A DNA stretch of 64,000 nucleotides from Pyrinomonadaceae bacterium (GTDB lineage Bacteria; Acidobacteriota; Blastocatellia; Pyrinomonadales; Pyrinomonadaceae), in contig JBKBYA010000001.1 in assembly GCA_046313635.1 (NCBI GenBank), positions 958,679 through 1,022,678 on the forward strand. The letters run 5' to 3'. The notes beneath the pieces are model-generated. The model was not told where the DNA came from and did no database searches. It saw only the letters and a list, made by a program, of their open reading frames with translations. A program made the position numbers and the translations under genes. Positions within the stretch are counted from its first letter, which is position 1, and each line of letters starts with the position of its first letter. This document shows, in pieces, positions 1 to 8,978 of the stretch.

Positions 1-1
1 C

Positions 2-502
2 GTCGAAAGAAGGACCGAGTACGCCGGCGACGATCCGCGGATGACCTACACCGTCAGGCTCGCCGACACGACGAGCGGCGCGGGCCGCGAGCTGGGCCGC
101 TACGACGACTACATCAAGATCGTCGGCTGGCTCGCCGGCGGCCGCGAGATCCTGCTGGCGTCGGACGCCTCAGGTCTCGATGCGGCCTTGCCCTCGACGG
201 TCGATCTGCTCTCGATCGATGTCGAGAGCGGCCGTTCGCGCAGCGTCGCCCGGCTGACCGAGGCTTATCTCTACAACATTCAAGTGTCGCCTTCGGGCAA
301 GAGCGTCGCTTTCGCCGCGCATCGCGACGGCAAGGACGATCTTTGGATGATGCCGCTGCCGGGCGTGCCGCGGCGGCTGACGGCAAACAACGACCCGCGC
401 GTTCACTTCTCGAGCATGGCCTGGGCGCCGGACGAGAATTTTATTTATTTCGGCAAGCAATTGCGTTACAGTTTGCTGTCAATGGTGACCAACTATAAAT
501 GA
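2..502 (+). CDS. C-terminal part of a TolB-like/PD40 beta-propeller protein (5' end outside window)
   Basis: Frame is open from the window start. PD40-like blades: VSPSGKSVAFAAHRDGKDDLW and AWAPDENFIYF. Confidence 0.75.
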   Translation, partial: VERRTEYAGDDPRMTYTVRLADTTSGAGRELGRYDDYIKIVGWLAGGREILLASDASGLDAALPSTVDLLSIDVESGRSRSVARLTEAYLYNIQVSPSGKSVAFAAHRDGKDDLWMMPLPGVPRRLTANNDPRVHFSSMAWAPDENFIYFGKQLRYSLLSMVTNYK

Positions 503-518
503 ACGGAGGAAGCTACTC

Positions 519-929
519 TTGAACTTCAGACTCTTTGTCCGCGCCGCTTCGATGGCGGCGTTCGTGTTCGTTCTCCTCGCATTCAGTAACGCCGCGTTCG
601 GGCAGAAGGCGCAAAATTCCGACTGCTCGGCGACCACCGACGACCAGATCGTCAACGCGATCTACGACGCGATACAGGTCAAATATTCGTCCGAGATGGA
701 CCACGTCAACGTGACGAGCAAGGACGGCGTCGTGACGATCCGCGGCTACGCGACGACCAAAAAGGCAAAGTCCGCGATCGAAAAGGCCGCGCGCAAAGCC
801 AAGTGCGTCAAGTCGGTCACCAGCCACCTCGCCGTCGGCGCGAGCGGCGGCTGCGGCCCGGGCTACAAGGTCTGCGGCTCGACGTGCATTCCCGAGAACG
901 AGACCTGCACCATCCGGACAAGGGGCTGA
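519..929 (+). CDS. Secreted BON-domain protein with Cys-rich C-terminal tail
   Basis: GGAG RBS before TTG start; signal peptide; BON signature DDQIVNAI...VNVTSKDGVVTIRG...VKSVTSHL; tail CGPGYKVCGSTCIPENETC. Confidence 0.85.
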   Translation: MNFRLFVRAASMAAFVFVLLAFSNAAFGQKAQNSDCSATTDDQIVNAIYDAIQVKYSSEMDHVNVTSKDGVVTIRGYATTKKAKSAIEKAARKAKCVKSVTSHLAVGASGGCGPGYKVCGSTCIPENETCTIRTRG

Positions 930-949
930 GACTGCCCTTCTGGAGCGAA

Positions 950-2197
950 ATGAGATCACGATACGCCAGCGTCGCCGTGCCCGCGGGTGCGGCCGCGCTG
1001 GCGTTGTCGTTTATCGCCTCGGCGACGGCCCAATCGCCGACGCCCTCGCCGGCGGCGGTCGACGATTACCAGCAGCGAAAGGTCGCCGCGTGTACCGCGC
1101 AAGAGATCTCGGGCGAGCGCACCTACGCCTTTCGCACGCTGCCGCGCGAGCCGCTGCCGAAAGGCTTTTACGGAAAAAAGCCCTGGCTGCTGCGCGTCCT
1201 CGGCTGGGTGCCGGGCGTGTCGCGGCTCGCCGGAGCGCCGGACGAGTCGGCGTTTCGCAGTTTCGAAGGCTCGTATCCGAGCAGGACAAAACCTTTCTTT
1301 GAATCGAGCCGCTCGCGCGCGATCCGTCTCGAGGCCGAGGCACGGCTCAAGTCGTTTGACGCCGAGGCCGACGCGGCGTGGCAGCGCTGGCTTGCAGAGA
1401 ACCCGAAAGCCGACGACGACGCCAAACTCTCGGCCGAGTCGCGGCTTCGCACCGACGGACTCGCACTCGCGCGTGCGGCGAGCTTTGATTGGCGCGCATT
1501 CGGCATCGACGTCGGCCCGGCCGGCAATCAGGGCTACGGCTGCAATCTCTGCTGGGCGTTTGCCGCGGTCGACGCGGTGAACGCGAGCCGGCAGATAATG
1601 CGCCGCCGCCGCGGCATCGACATTCCAGAAGGCGTCGAGCTGCCGCCGCCGAGCGTCCGCCAGCTCGTGAGCTGCATGGGAGCAAAGGCGCCGTACTGCA
1701 TCGAGAACTGGCCGAGCGAGGCCTTTACGTTCATGGTCGACCAGGGGCTGCCGCTCGGCGGTTCGATCGTTTACGTCGCCGATCCAAAGACCGGCCCGAT
1801 CTGCGACCCGGACGATCGTCTGAACGCGCTGACCTGGGATTACGTCGCAGCGGCGCCCGGCGGAACGGCCACGGCCGACGAGATCAAACGCGCGCTGGTG
1901 ATGTACGGCCCGGTCGTCGCGGCGATGAATTTCGATTCTTGTCTCGAGCTCTACGACGACGGGATCTTTAACGAAGAGGTCACGCGCGGCGCGAATCATT
2001 TTGTCCTGATCATCGGTTGGAGCGACGACAAGCAGGCGTGGCTCGTCAAGAACTCGTGGGGCACCGATTGGGGCGACGGCGGTTTCGGCTGGATCAAATA
2101 TCAAAGCAATCTGATCGGCAGGGGCGCGTCATTCGTCATTCCGGATCCCGTGAGAGAAAAGCAGTTGATCGAAAAATACAAGAACAATGCGCAATAG
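950..2197 (+). CDS. Secreted papain-family (C1A) cysteine peptidase
   Basis: Signal peptide from ATG 950; FDWR, QGYGCNLCWAF (catalytic Gln/Cys), NHFVLIIGW (His), KNSWGTDWG (Asn). Confidence 0.9.
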   Translation: MRSRYASVAVPAGAAALALSFIASATAQSPTPSPAAVDDYQQRKVAACTAQEISGERTYAFRTLPREPLPKGFYGKKPWLLRVLGWVPGVSRLAGAPDESAFRSFEGSYPSRTKPFFESSRSRAIRLEAEARLKSFDAEADAAWQRWLAENPKADDDAKLSAESRLRTDGLALARAASFDWRAFGIDVGPAGNQGYGCNLCWAFAAVDAVNASRQIMRRRRGIDIPEGVELPPPSVRQLVSCMGAKAPYCIENWPSEAFTFMVDQGLPLGGSIVYVADPKTGPICDPDDRLNALTWDYVAAAPGGTATADEIKRALVMYGPVVAAMNFDSCLELYDDGIFNEEVTRGANHFVLIIGWSDDKQAWLVKNSWGTDWGDGGFGWIKYQSNLIGRGASFVIPDPVREKQLIEKYKNNAQ

Positions 2198-3926
2198 CCG
2201 TCTTTTACGCCCGCTGGCGCTCGCCGCCGCTGCACTCGCCGCATTCTCGTCGCCGCTTGCTGCCCAGCCGCCTGAGCAGCCGGCATGGCGGACGGTCGCG
2301 TCGATGGAATTCGATGTGCGTGCGGACGGCTTTTCGTTTGCCAACTACCGCAACCGAAAAGGCCGCTTTGAGAATGACATTTCTCGTGAAGACCTGTTTC
2401 GAATGTTCGGTGTACGGCCGACATGCGACAACGGCACGACCGCAGCAAACTGCATCGTCAAGGCGTCGGCCCGGCAGTGGATCGAGAAGATGCTGGCGGC
2501 GATGAATATCGGTCACTGCGAGGGCATCGCCGTCGCGAGCCTGCGGTTCAACGCGGCCCAGCCCTTCAAAGGCCGCTCGTCGCCGACCGCATTTCAGCCG
2601 CGGGCGGACGAGGTTTTCAGGCTCGGCCTCGACGACGGCGTCGAGAATTACATCGCCTATTACTGGATCACGCAGACATTCGAGGAGGTCATACGCGCGT
2701 CCGACGCCTGGGCCGAACGCGGGCCGCGCGCCATCGTGCAGGAGATCGTTCGCGGGATCAAGAGCGGCACCGAAACCTACACTATCGGCCTCGAAAAGTA
2801 CGACGCAGGCCGCGCCTTTGACGGTCACGCGCTCGTGCCGTACGCGGTCGACCACAACGGCTCGACGTACCGGGTCAGCATCTACGACAGCAACTTTCCG
2901 GGGCAGCCCCGGAACCTCTTTGTCGACGATTCCGACGCTCAATCGTGGTCGTACAGTTCAAAGGGCGACGCCGTTCGCGCGCGAGCCGACTATCGCGGCG
3001 GAGCGGCGACGCGTTCGCTTTACCTGACGCCGACCTCGATCCGCGAGGACAGATGCTTTACGCCCGAATTCAAACGCTTTGGCGAAAAGGCGTCAAACTG
3101 CGGGCTCGCGTCGGAGCGTGCGTCGGCAAGTGCTGCGATGCCGCCCGGCGTGCGGTTCGATACAGCGTCGTATCTTGCGGCGCAGAGCGCGAATGACGGC
3201 AACGCCGAATTCTTTTTGACCGGCGAGGGCGCGATGATGGTCGTCGATCCCGACGGGCGGCGCGTCGGGTACGATCCCTTCAAGGACCGCTTTGTCGAGG
3301 AGATCCCCGACGCGATCAGCGACATATTGATCGGCGGGCTCGGGATCGACGCCCCGCACTTCGTCATACCGTACGACAGCGACGACCCCGAGGCGATGTA
3401 CAAGATCGTCTTCTCGGGCAAGTACCTCGAGCGCGGCACAGAGAATGTGATGGACCTCGTCTTTACGGCGCCGGGATTCACCGTTGGTTTCGAAGGCATC
3501 AGGCTCGACGCCGGCGAGGTGCTCCTCGCCGAGATCTCGGCCGACGGCGAGCACATCACATTCACTAGCAGTGCCGACGGCGAGACGCCGACGGTCTATT
3601 TCGCGTTCGACGGGCCGGCCGACGACGACGCGAGCTACATCGCGACGGTCGGCGGCGTCGCACTCGCGGCGGGCAGATCGCTCAATTACGATCTTGAACT
3701 CGAGCTCGGCAAGCTCTTTATCTCAGACGACGACGGCAACGCCGACAAATACGACATCGAGCTGCTCCGCATCGGCGCCGACGGCCGCGAAGAAGTTTAC
3801 CGGGCCGACGACGTCGCCTTCGGCCGAGGCGACCGCTACGAGATGGACTTCGGCCAATGGAAGGGCGACGGCGACGCGATCTGCTTCAAGCAGGACGACG
3901 AGGGCGACGGCTTCGACGACGAATAA
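2187..3926 (+). CDS. Secreted hypothetical protein, possible papain-fold Cys-His-Asp enzyme with acidic beta-rich C-terminal domain
   Basis: Signal peptide; start overlaps upstream stop; motifs GHCEG, DGHALVPY, IYDSNFP. Confidence 0.7.
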   Translation: MRNSRLLRPLALAAAALAAFSSPLAAQPPEQPAWRTVASMEFDVRADGFSFANYRNRKGRFENDISREDLFRMFGVRPTCDNGTTAANCIVKASARQWIEKMLAAMNIGHCEGIAVASLRFNAAQPFKGRSSPTAFQPRADEVFRLGLDDGVENYIAYYWITQTFEEVIRASDAWAERGPRAIVQEIVRGIKSGTETYTIGLEKYDAGRAFDGHALVPYAVDHNGSTYRVSIYDSNFPGQPRNLFVDDSDAQSWSYSSKGDAVRARADYRGGAATRSLYLTPTSIREDRCFTPEFKRFGEKASNCGLASERASASAAMPPGVRFDTASYLAAQSANDGNAEFFLTGEGAMMVVDPDGRRVGYDPFKDRFVEEIPDAISDILIGGLGIDAPHFVIPYDSDDPEAMYKIVFSGKYLERGTENVMDLVFTAPGFTVGFEGIRLDAGEVLLAEISADGEHITFTSSADGETPTVYFAFDGPADDDASYIATVGGVALAAGRSLNYDLELELGKLFISDDDGNADKYDIELLRIGADGREEVYRADDVAFGRGDRYEMDFGQWKGDGDAICFKQDDEGDGFDDE

Positions 3927-4087
3927 TGCGTCGACGAACCGGACGAGGGCGGCTAGACGCGATCGCCGGATCCTGCGCCAATTCGGATCGAATTGACAAC
4001 GGGGCATTCCGCCTCGACATGCATTCGTAATTGTCGCTTTGCTCGCGTCACAAAATGATCTAGAGTCGCGGCCATCCAAGGACGACT

Positions 4088-5447
4088 ATGGCAGATGTTT
4101 CTCGACGACAATTCATCGCAGGCGCCGTCGGAGCAACGGCCGCGGTCAACACTTTGGCGCAGCGTGCAGGCGGACAAATGCAGCGTCCGAATATCTTATT
4201 CATCCTCGCCGATGATCTCGGTTGGGGAGATCTCGGCTGCTACGGTCGTCCGGACTATCAAACTCCAACGCTCGACCGTCTTGCCCGAGAAGGCATCAGG
4301 TTTACGAATGCCTATTCTGCCGCGCCGGTATGCACGCCGACGCGTGTCGGCTTCTTCACCGGCCGCTATCCGGCAAGGCTGCGCGTCGGCCTCGAGGAGC
4401 CGATCCACGAGCGCAGCGAACTGACTGTCGATCAGTTGAAAGCGTACGGCATTCCGAGTGAGCATCCGACCGTCGCTTCGCTGCTCAGGTCTGCGGGCTA
4501 TTCAACGGCGCTCGTCGGCAAGTGGCACGTCGGCTACCTGCCGTACTTCAGCCCGATCAAGTCCGGCTTCGAAGAATTCTTTGGAAACATGAGCGGCGCG
4601 GTCGATTATTTTAGCCACCGCGACATGACCGACAGTCTCGACTTCTTTGAGAACGAGGTGCCCGTCGAGCGGGTCGGGTACATAACCGACCTTTTTACCG
4701 AGCGCGCCATCGAGTACATTCGACGGCCGCATAAGAAACCGTTCTACCTCAGTCTGCACTACACCTCGCCGCACTGGCCGTGGGAGGGCCCGAAGGACAT
4801 CGCCGTCAGCAAAGCGATGAAGTACGGCCCGGCCGGCTTCCGCGCGGGCGGGTCGCTGAAGGTCTACGCCGAGATGATGAAAAGCCTCGACGCCGGCATC
4901 GGCCGCGTTCTGGCCGCCCTGCGCGCCGCGGGTTTGGAAAGGAACACGCTCGTAATTTTTACAAGCGACAACGGCGGAGAAAGGTTCTCTTACAACTGGC
5001 CGTTCCGCGGCGAGAAGATGCAGGTCTTCGAAGGCGGCATTCGCGTTCCGGCGATCGCAAGGTGGCCGGGTGTCACGCGGGCCGGAGCCGTCTCGCACCA
5101 GCCGGTCATCACGATGGATTGGACGGCGACGATGATGGCCGCTGCCGGTGCGAGACCGCACACCGATTTTCCGCTCGACGGCGAAGATCTGACTGCAGTC
5201 CTTGCCGGCAGGCGTCCGCTTTTACGATCGCGTCTTCTATTGGCGGACACTGCGGCAGGGAGCGATGAGGAGCGGAAAGTGGAAGTACATTCGCGACGGC
5301 AAAAATGAGTTTCTCTACGATCTCTCGGTCGACGAGCACGAGCAGGCGGATTTTAAGGAGTCTGATGCTGCACGGATAAAGCTCCTTCGTGAGCAGTTCC
5401 GGAAATGGGAGTCCGAAATGCCGCACTACCCACGCACTGCTGCATGA
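4088..5447 (+). pseudogene. Tat-exported arylsulfatase-family sulfatase, split by an apparent +1 frameshift near 5220-5223 (real or sequencing error)
   Basis: SRRQF Tat motif, PNILFILADDLG, CTPTR formylglycine motif, GKWH, SDNG. The C-terminal sulfatase part (FYWRT..GKWKY..LYDLSVDEHE) lies in the next frame, 5202..5447. Confidence 0.8.
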
Positions 5448-5459
5448 GCGGCCATCGCA

Positions 5460-5489
5460 TTGTTGACGCGCAAAATTGTCCGATATACT
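5460..5489 (+). promoter_or_regulatory. Possible sigma70-type promoter of the pyrimidine-catabolism operon
   Basis: TATACT at 5484-5489, with TTGACG (5463, 15-nt spacer) or TTGTTG (5460, 18-nt spacer) upstream. Confidence 0.35.
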
Positions 5490-5621
5490 TTGACGACGCC
5501 GGACCCGTTTGATAGTCCTCTCTCCTTGCGGATCGGCGTCTGTTGAATTTAGATCGACGTCACACGGCGTTTCCGAACGGATCATAAAGGAGATGTGAGA
5601 TCGACAAGTGTAAAGACCTGT

Positions 5622-7001
5622 ATGAAGACATTGATAAAAAGTGGACGGATCGTAACGGCCGTCGATGATTACATCGCGGACATTCTCATCGAGGACGAAA
5701 CGGTCTCGATGATCGGCAGGCAGATAGACGTCGAGGCCGACGTCGTGATCGACGCGAGCGGCAAGCTCGTCATCCCCGGCGGGATCGATCCGCACACGCA
5801 TATGGAGCTGCCCTTCGGCGGTACGCAGTCGTCGGACGACTTTTTTACCGGGACGCGTGCGGCGGCATTTGGCGGGACAACGACGATTATCGATTTTGCG
5901 GTGCAGTACAAGGGCGAGTCGATGATACAGGCCGTTGACAACTGGCACGCCAAGGCCGAAGGGAAGTGCGCGATCGATTACGGCTTTCATCTGATCACGA
6001 CCGAGTTCGAGGACCATCACAGCGAGCAGATGCACACGCTGATCGACGAGGGGATCACGTCGTTCAAGCTCTTTATGGCGTATCCGGGCGTGTTCCTCGT
6101 CGACGACGCGACGATTTTTCGCGCGATGAGCGCGGCGGGCGAGCGGGGCGGGCTGATCTGCATGCACGCCGAGAACGGTATCGTCATCAACGAGATCATC
6201 AAACGCTTTTTGGCCGAAGGCCGAACGGCGCCGAAGTATCACGCACTATCGCGCCCGACGATCGCCGAGGCCGAGGGCGTGCACCGCGCGATCGCGATCG
6301 CCGAGATGGCCGAGTCGCCGGTTTACATCGTTCACCTCTCGTCGGCCGACGCGCTCAACAAGGTCCGCGAAGCTCGCGACCGCGGCATTCCGGCATTTGC
6401 CGAGACTTGCCCGCAGTATCTGTTTCGCTCCATCGAAGACTACGGCGACGGCTGGGATGGCGCGAAGTACGTCTTCACGCCGCCGCTCAGAGAAAAGCAC
6501 AACTGCGGCGAGCTGTGGAAAGGCCTCAAGATGGACGACCTGCAGGTGATCTCGACCGACCACTGCCCGTTTTGTATGAAGGAGCAAAAGGAACTAGGGC
6601 GCGAGAGCTTTGCGCTCATCCCCAACGGCGCGCCCGGCGTCGAGAATCGGATGTCGCTCATCTATCACGGCGGCGTCGTCGAAAATCGCATCTCGCTCAA
6701 CCGCTTTGTCGAGCTCACATCGACCGCGGCGGCAAAGATGTTCGGCATGTTCCCAAAGAAGGGCACCATCGCCGTCGGCTCCGACGCGGATATCGTCATC
6801 TTTGACCCGCAAAAGGAACACACGTTCGGCGTCGAGCACGAACATATGAACGTCGATTACTCGACCTACGAGGGCTGGAAGGTCAAGGGCAAGGTCGAGA
6901 CCGTCCTCTCCCGCGGCCGCGTCATTATCGAAAATGGCGAACACACCGGTAAACAGGGCGACGGGCAATTCCTCAGACGGGGCGAGTGCGTGCGGATCTG
7001 A
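5622..7001 (+). CDS. hydA: Dihydropyrimidinase (D-hydantoinase)
   Basis: PGGIDPHTH, GGTTTIIDF, SFKLFMAY (carbamylated Lys), HAENG, STDHCPF. Confidence 0.95.
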   Translation: MKTLIKSGRIVTAVDDYIADILIEDETVSMIGRQIDVEADVVIDASGKLVIPGGIDPHTHMELPFGGTQSSDDFFTGTRAAAFGGTTTIIDFAVQYKGESMIQAVDNWHAKAEGKCAIDYGFHLITTEFEDHHSEQMHTLIDEGITSFKLFMAYPGVFLVDDATIFRAMSAAGERGGLICMHAENGIVINEIIKRFLAEGRTAPKYHALSRPTIAEAEGVHRAIAIAEMAESPVYIVHLSSADALNKVREARDRGIPAFAETCPQYLFRSIEDYGDGWDGAKYVFTPPLREKHNCGELWKGLKMDDLQVISTDHCPFCMKEQKELGRESFALIPNGAPGVENRMSLIYHGGVVENRISLNRFVELTSTAAAKMFGMFPKKGTIAVGSDADIVIFDPQKEHTFGVEHEHMNVDYSTYEGWKVKGKVETVLSRGRVIIENGEHTGKQGDGQFLRRGECVRI

Positions 7002-7005
7002 AGAA

Positions 7006-7518
7006 ATGATCAAGCGTCTCGGAGAACGTGACCTAAAGACCAGATACGGAACCTTTCGCGAGGTGCTCTATTACGACGGCCGGCGCGAGTCGATCGCGAT
7101 CGTGATGGGCGATGTGGCGGGCGGCGAAGACGTGTTCTGCCGAGTGCATTCGCACTGTATCGGGGCGCACATATTCAACAGCGTAGAGTGCACCTGCCGC
7201 GAGGAAATGGCCGCCGCTCAGGCCGCGATCGAGAGTGAGGGCCGAGGCGTCGTGATCTGGCTTGATCAGGAAGCAAAGGGCAACGGCCATCTCGCGCTGA
7301 TCGAGAGCATCCCGTACAAAAAAGAGCACGGTCAGGCCCGCGCCTACGAGATGGCAGGCTACAAGGCCGACGCGCGAAGTTATACTGAGGCGGCGCAGGT
7401 CCTGAAGGAGCTTGGAGTGCGGTCGATACGCCTGCTCGCGAACTCGGAGGATAAGGCAGAGGAGCTCAGGAGAGAGGGCGTTGCGGTCACCGCACTGCAG
7501 CCGCTCGATGCGAGGTGA
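7006..7518 (+). CDS. GTP cyclohydrolase II-like protein (divergent RibA fold)
   Basis: RVHSHC...ECTC zinc Cys triad, QEAKG, DARSY, LGVRSIRLL. Confidence 0.8.
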   Translation: MIKRLGERDLKTRYGTFREVLYYDGRRESIAIVMGDVAGGEDVFCRVHSHCIGAHIFNSVECTCREEMAAAQAAIESEGRGVVIWLDQEAKGNGHLALIESIPYKKEHGQARAYEMAGYKADARSYTEAAQVLKELGVRSIRLLANSEDKAEELRREGVAVTALQPLDAR

Positions 7519-7522
7519 ATAA

Positions 7523-8080
7523 ATGGAAACCGGTGGAGCTGAATTTTCACGTAAGTACGTATCGCATTACGGTCTGCGCACGCGGCGGCAGCCCGAGCTT
7601 GTCGAGTGGTACAAGACCTTTCTAGAGGCGCGGGTCGAGTACGATATGGGCTTTGGCGCCTTTTTGTCGTTCGACGACGAGCACCACCGTCTCGTGATCT
7701 TCACGACAGACGACACGGTAGAAAAGGCCGACACCGCCGCCGGCGTCGAACATATCGGGATCGGGCTGCCGAGCTTTGCCGCGCTGGCCGACGAGTACGA
7801 GCGGCTCAAGGCCCGCGGCATTTTGCCGAGCCTGCCCGTCAACCATGGATTTACGACGTCGCTCTACTATCGCGATCCCGACGGCAACGAGATCGAGTTG
7901 ACGGTTGACAACTTCGCGACAAAACAAGCTTGCCGCGAATGGATGCACGGCGACAAGATGGCCGCCGCAATGACGCCGCCCAACTTCGGCGACGTCTTTG
8001 ATCCCGAAGAGATGGTCCGTCTCGTCCGCGCCGGTGCCTCGCAGGACGAACTCGCGCGCCTCGGTCAGCCCTCCTTATGA
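7523..8080 (+). CDS. VOC (glyoxalase/extradiol dioxygenase-like) family protein
   Basis: SHYGLRT, EHHRL, GVEHIG, NHGFTTSLYYRDPDGNEIEL. Confidence 0.85.
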   Translation: METGGAEFSRKYVSHYGLRTRRQPELVEWYKTFLEARVEYDMGFGAFLSFDDEHHRLVIFTTDDTVEKADTAAGVEHIGIGLPSFAALADEYERLKARGILPSLPVNHGFTTSLYYRDPDGNEIELTVDNFATKQACREWMHGDKMAAAMTPPNFGDVFDPEEMVRLVRAGASQDELARLGQPSL

Positions 8081-8886
8081 TCTACGTCGACCGAGCGCTG
8101 TCGCAAAAGCTCGAACGCACAGAGGCACGTTCGAATGCCGATTTTGTCGAGACGCGCGCTCGCCTCGAGCCCGAGAGCGGAGCGGCGTGGAAAGAGGTCG
8201 GCGGGGCCTACGCGATGTTTGACGGCGTCGCCTCGCCGCTGACGCAGACATTCGGGCTCGGCATCTTTGACGACGCGACCGACGCTCATCTTGACGAGAT
8301 CGAGGCTTTTTACAGCGATCGCGGTTCTGACGTTTTTCATGAGGTGAGCCCGCTGGCCGAGCAGTCGATGCTCTTCCTGCTCGCCGGCCGCGGCTACCGC
8401 CCGATCGAACTGACGAGTGTGATGTTCCTCGACCTTTCGCGATATGCAGCGCCGCCGCTCAATCCGGCGATCGCGACCCGCATGATCGACGAGAGCGAGG
8501 CCGGCCTCTGGTCGGAGACGGCCGCCGCCGGATGGCAGGACGAGCAGCCTCAGTTAGTCGACTTTTTGCGCGGGATCGGCGAGGTGTCGGCACGCACACG
8601 GGGCGGCAGGCCCTTTATCGCGGAGCTCGACGGTCGGCCGATCGCCGCGGCCGGGCTGCAGGTCTATGACGATGTCTGCATTCTCGCCGGAGCCTCGACG
8701 CTCCCCGACTCTCGCCGACGCGGCGCGCAGAACGCTCTGCTGGCCGCGCGCATTCGCTGCGCGCAAGAGCTCGGCTGCACCCTTGCAATGATGTGCGCTC
8801 TGCCCGGCAGCCAGTCGCAAAAGAACGCGCAAAAGAACGGCTTTCTGATCGCGTACACTCGCATCAAGTGGATGCTCGGCCGGTAG
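8077..8886 (+). CDS. GNAT-family N-acetyltransferase
   Basis: Acetyl-CoA motif A ASTLPDSRRRGAQNALL; SQKNAQKNGF; ATGA overlap with the VOC gene. Confidence 0.85.
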   Translation: MIYVDRALSQKLERTEARSNADFVETRARLEPESGAAWKEVGGAYAMFDGVASPLTQTFGLGIFDDATDAHLDEIEAFYSDRGSDVFHEVSPLAEQSMLFLLAGRGYRPIELTSVMFLDLSRYAAPPLNPAIATRMIDESEAGLWSETAAAGWQDEQPQLVDFLRGIGEVSARTRGGRPFIAELDGRPIAAAGLQVYDDVCILAGASTLPDSRRRGAQNALLAARIRCAQELGCTLAMMCALPGSQSQKNAQKNGFLIAYTRIKWMLGR

Positions 8887-8901
8887 CTCGCCGGCTTTTT
8901 T
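8879..8901 (+). terminator. Weak intrinsic terminator after the GNAT gene
   Basis: GCCGG-N7-CCGGC followed by a T-run. Confidence 0.35.
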
Positions 8902-8978
8902 CACTTTTCGAAATCTGTCCCCAGTGCATATCATTCTCAGAGTCGCAGTTTGACGATCTCACTCAGACGGGAGATTTG

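Noticed and set aside
3924..3926. Stop-codon recoding
   Set aside because: TAA is used as a normal stop in other genes here, so a point change is the simpler explanation.
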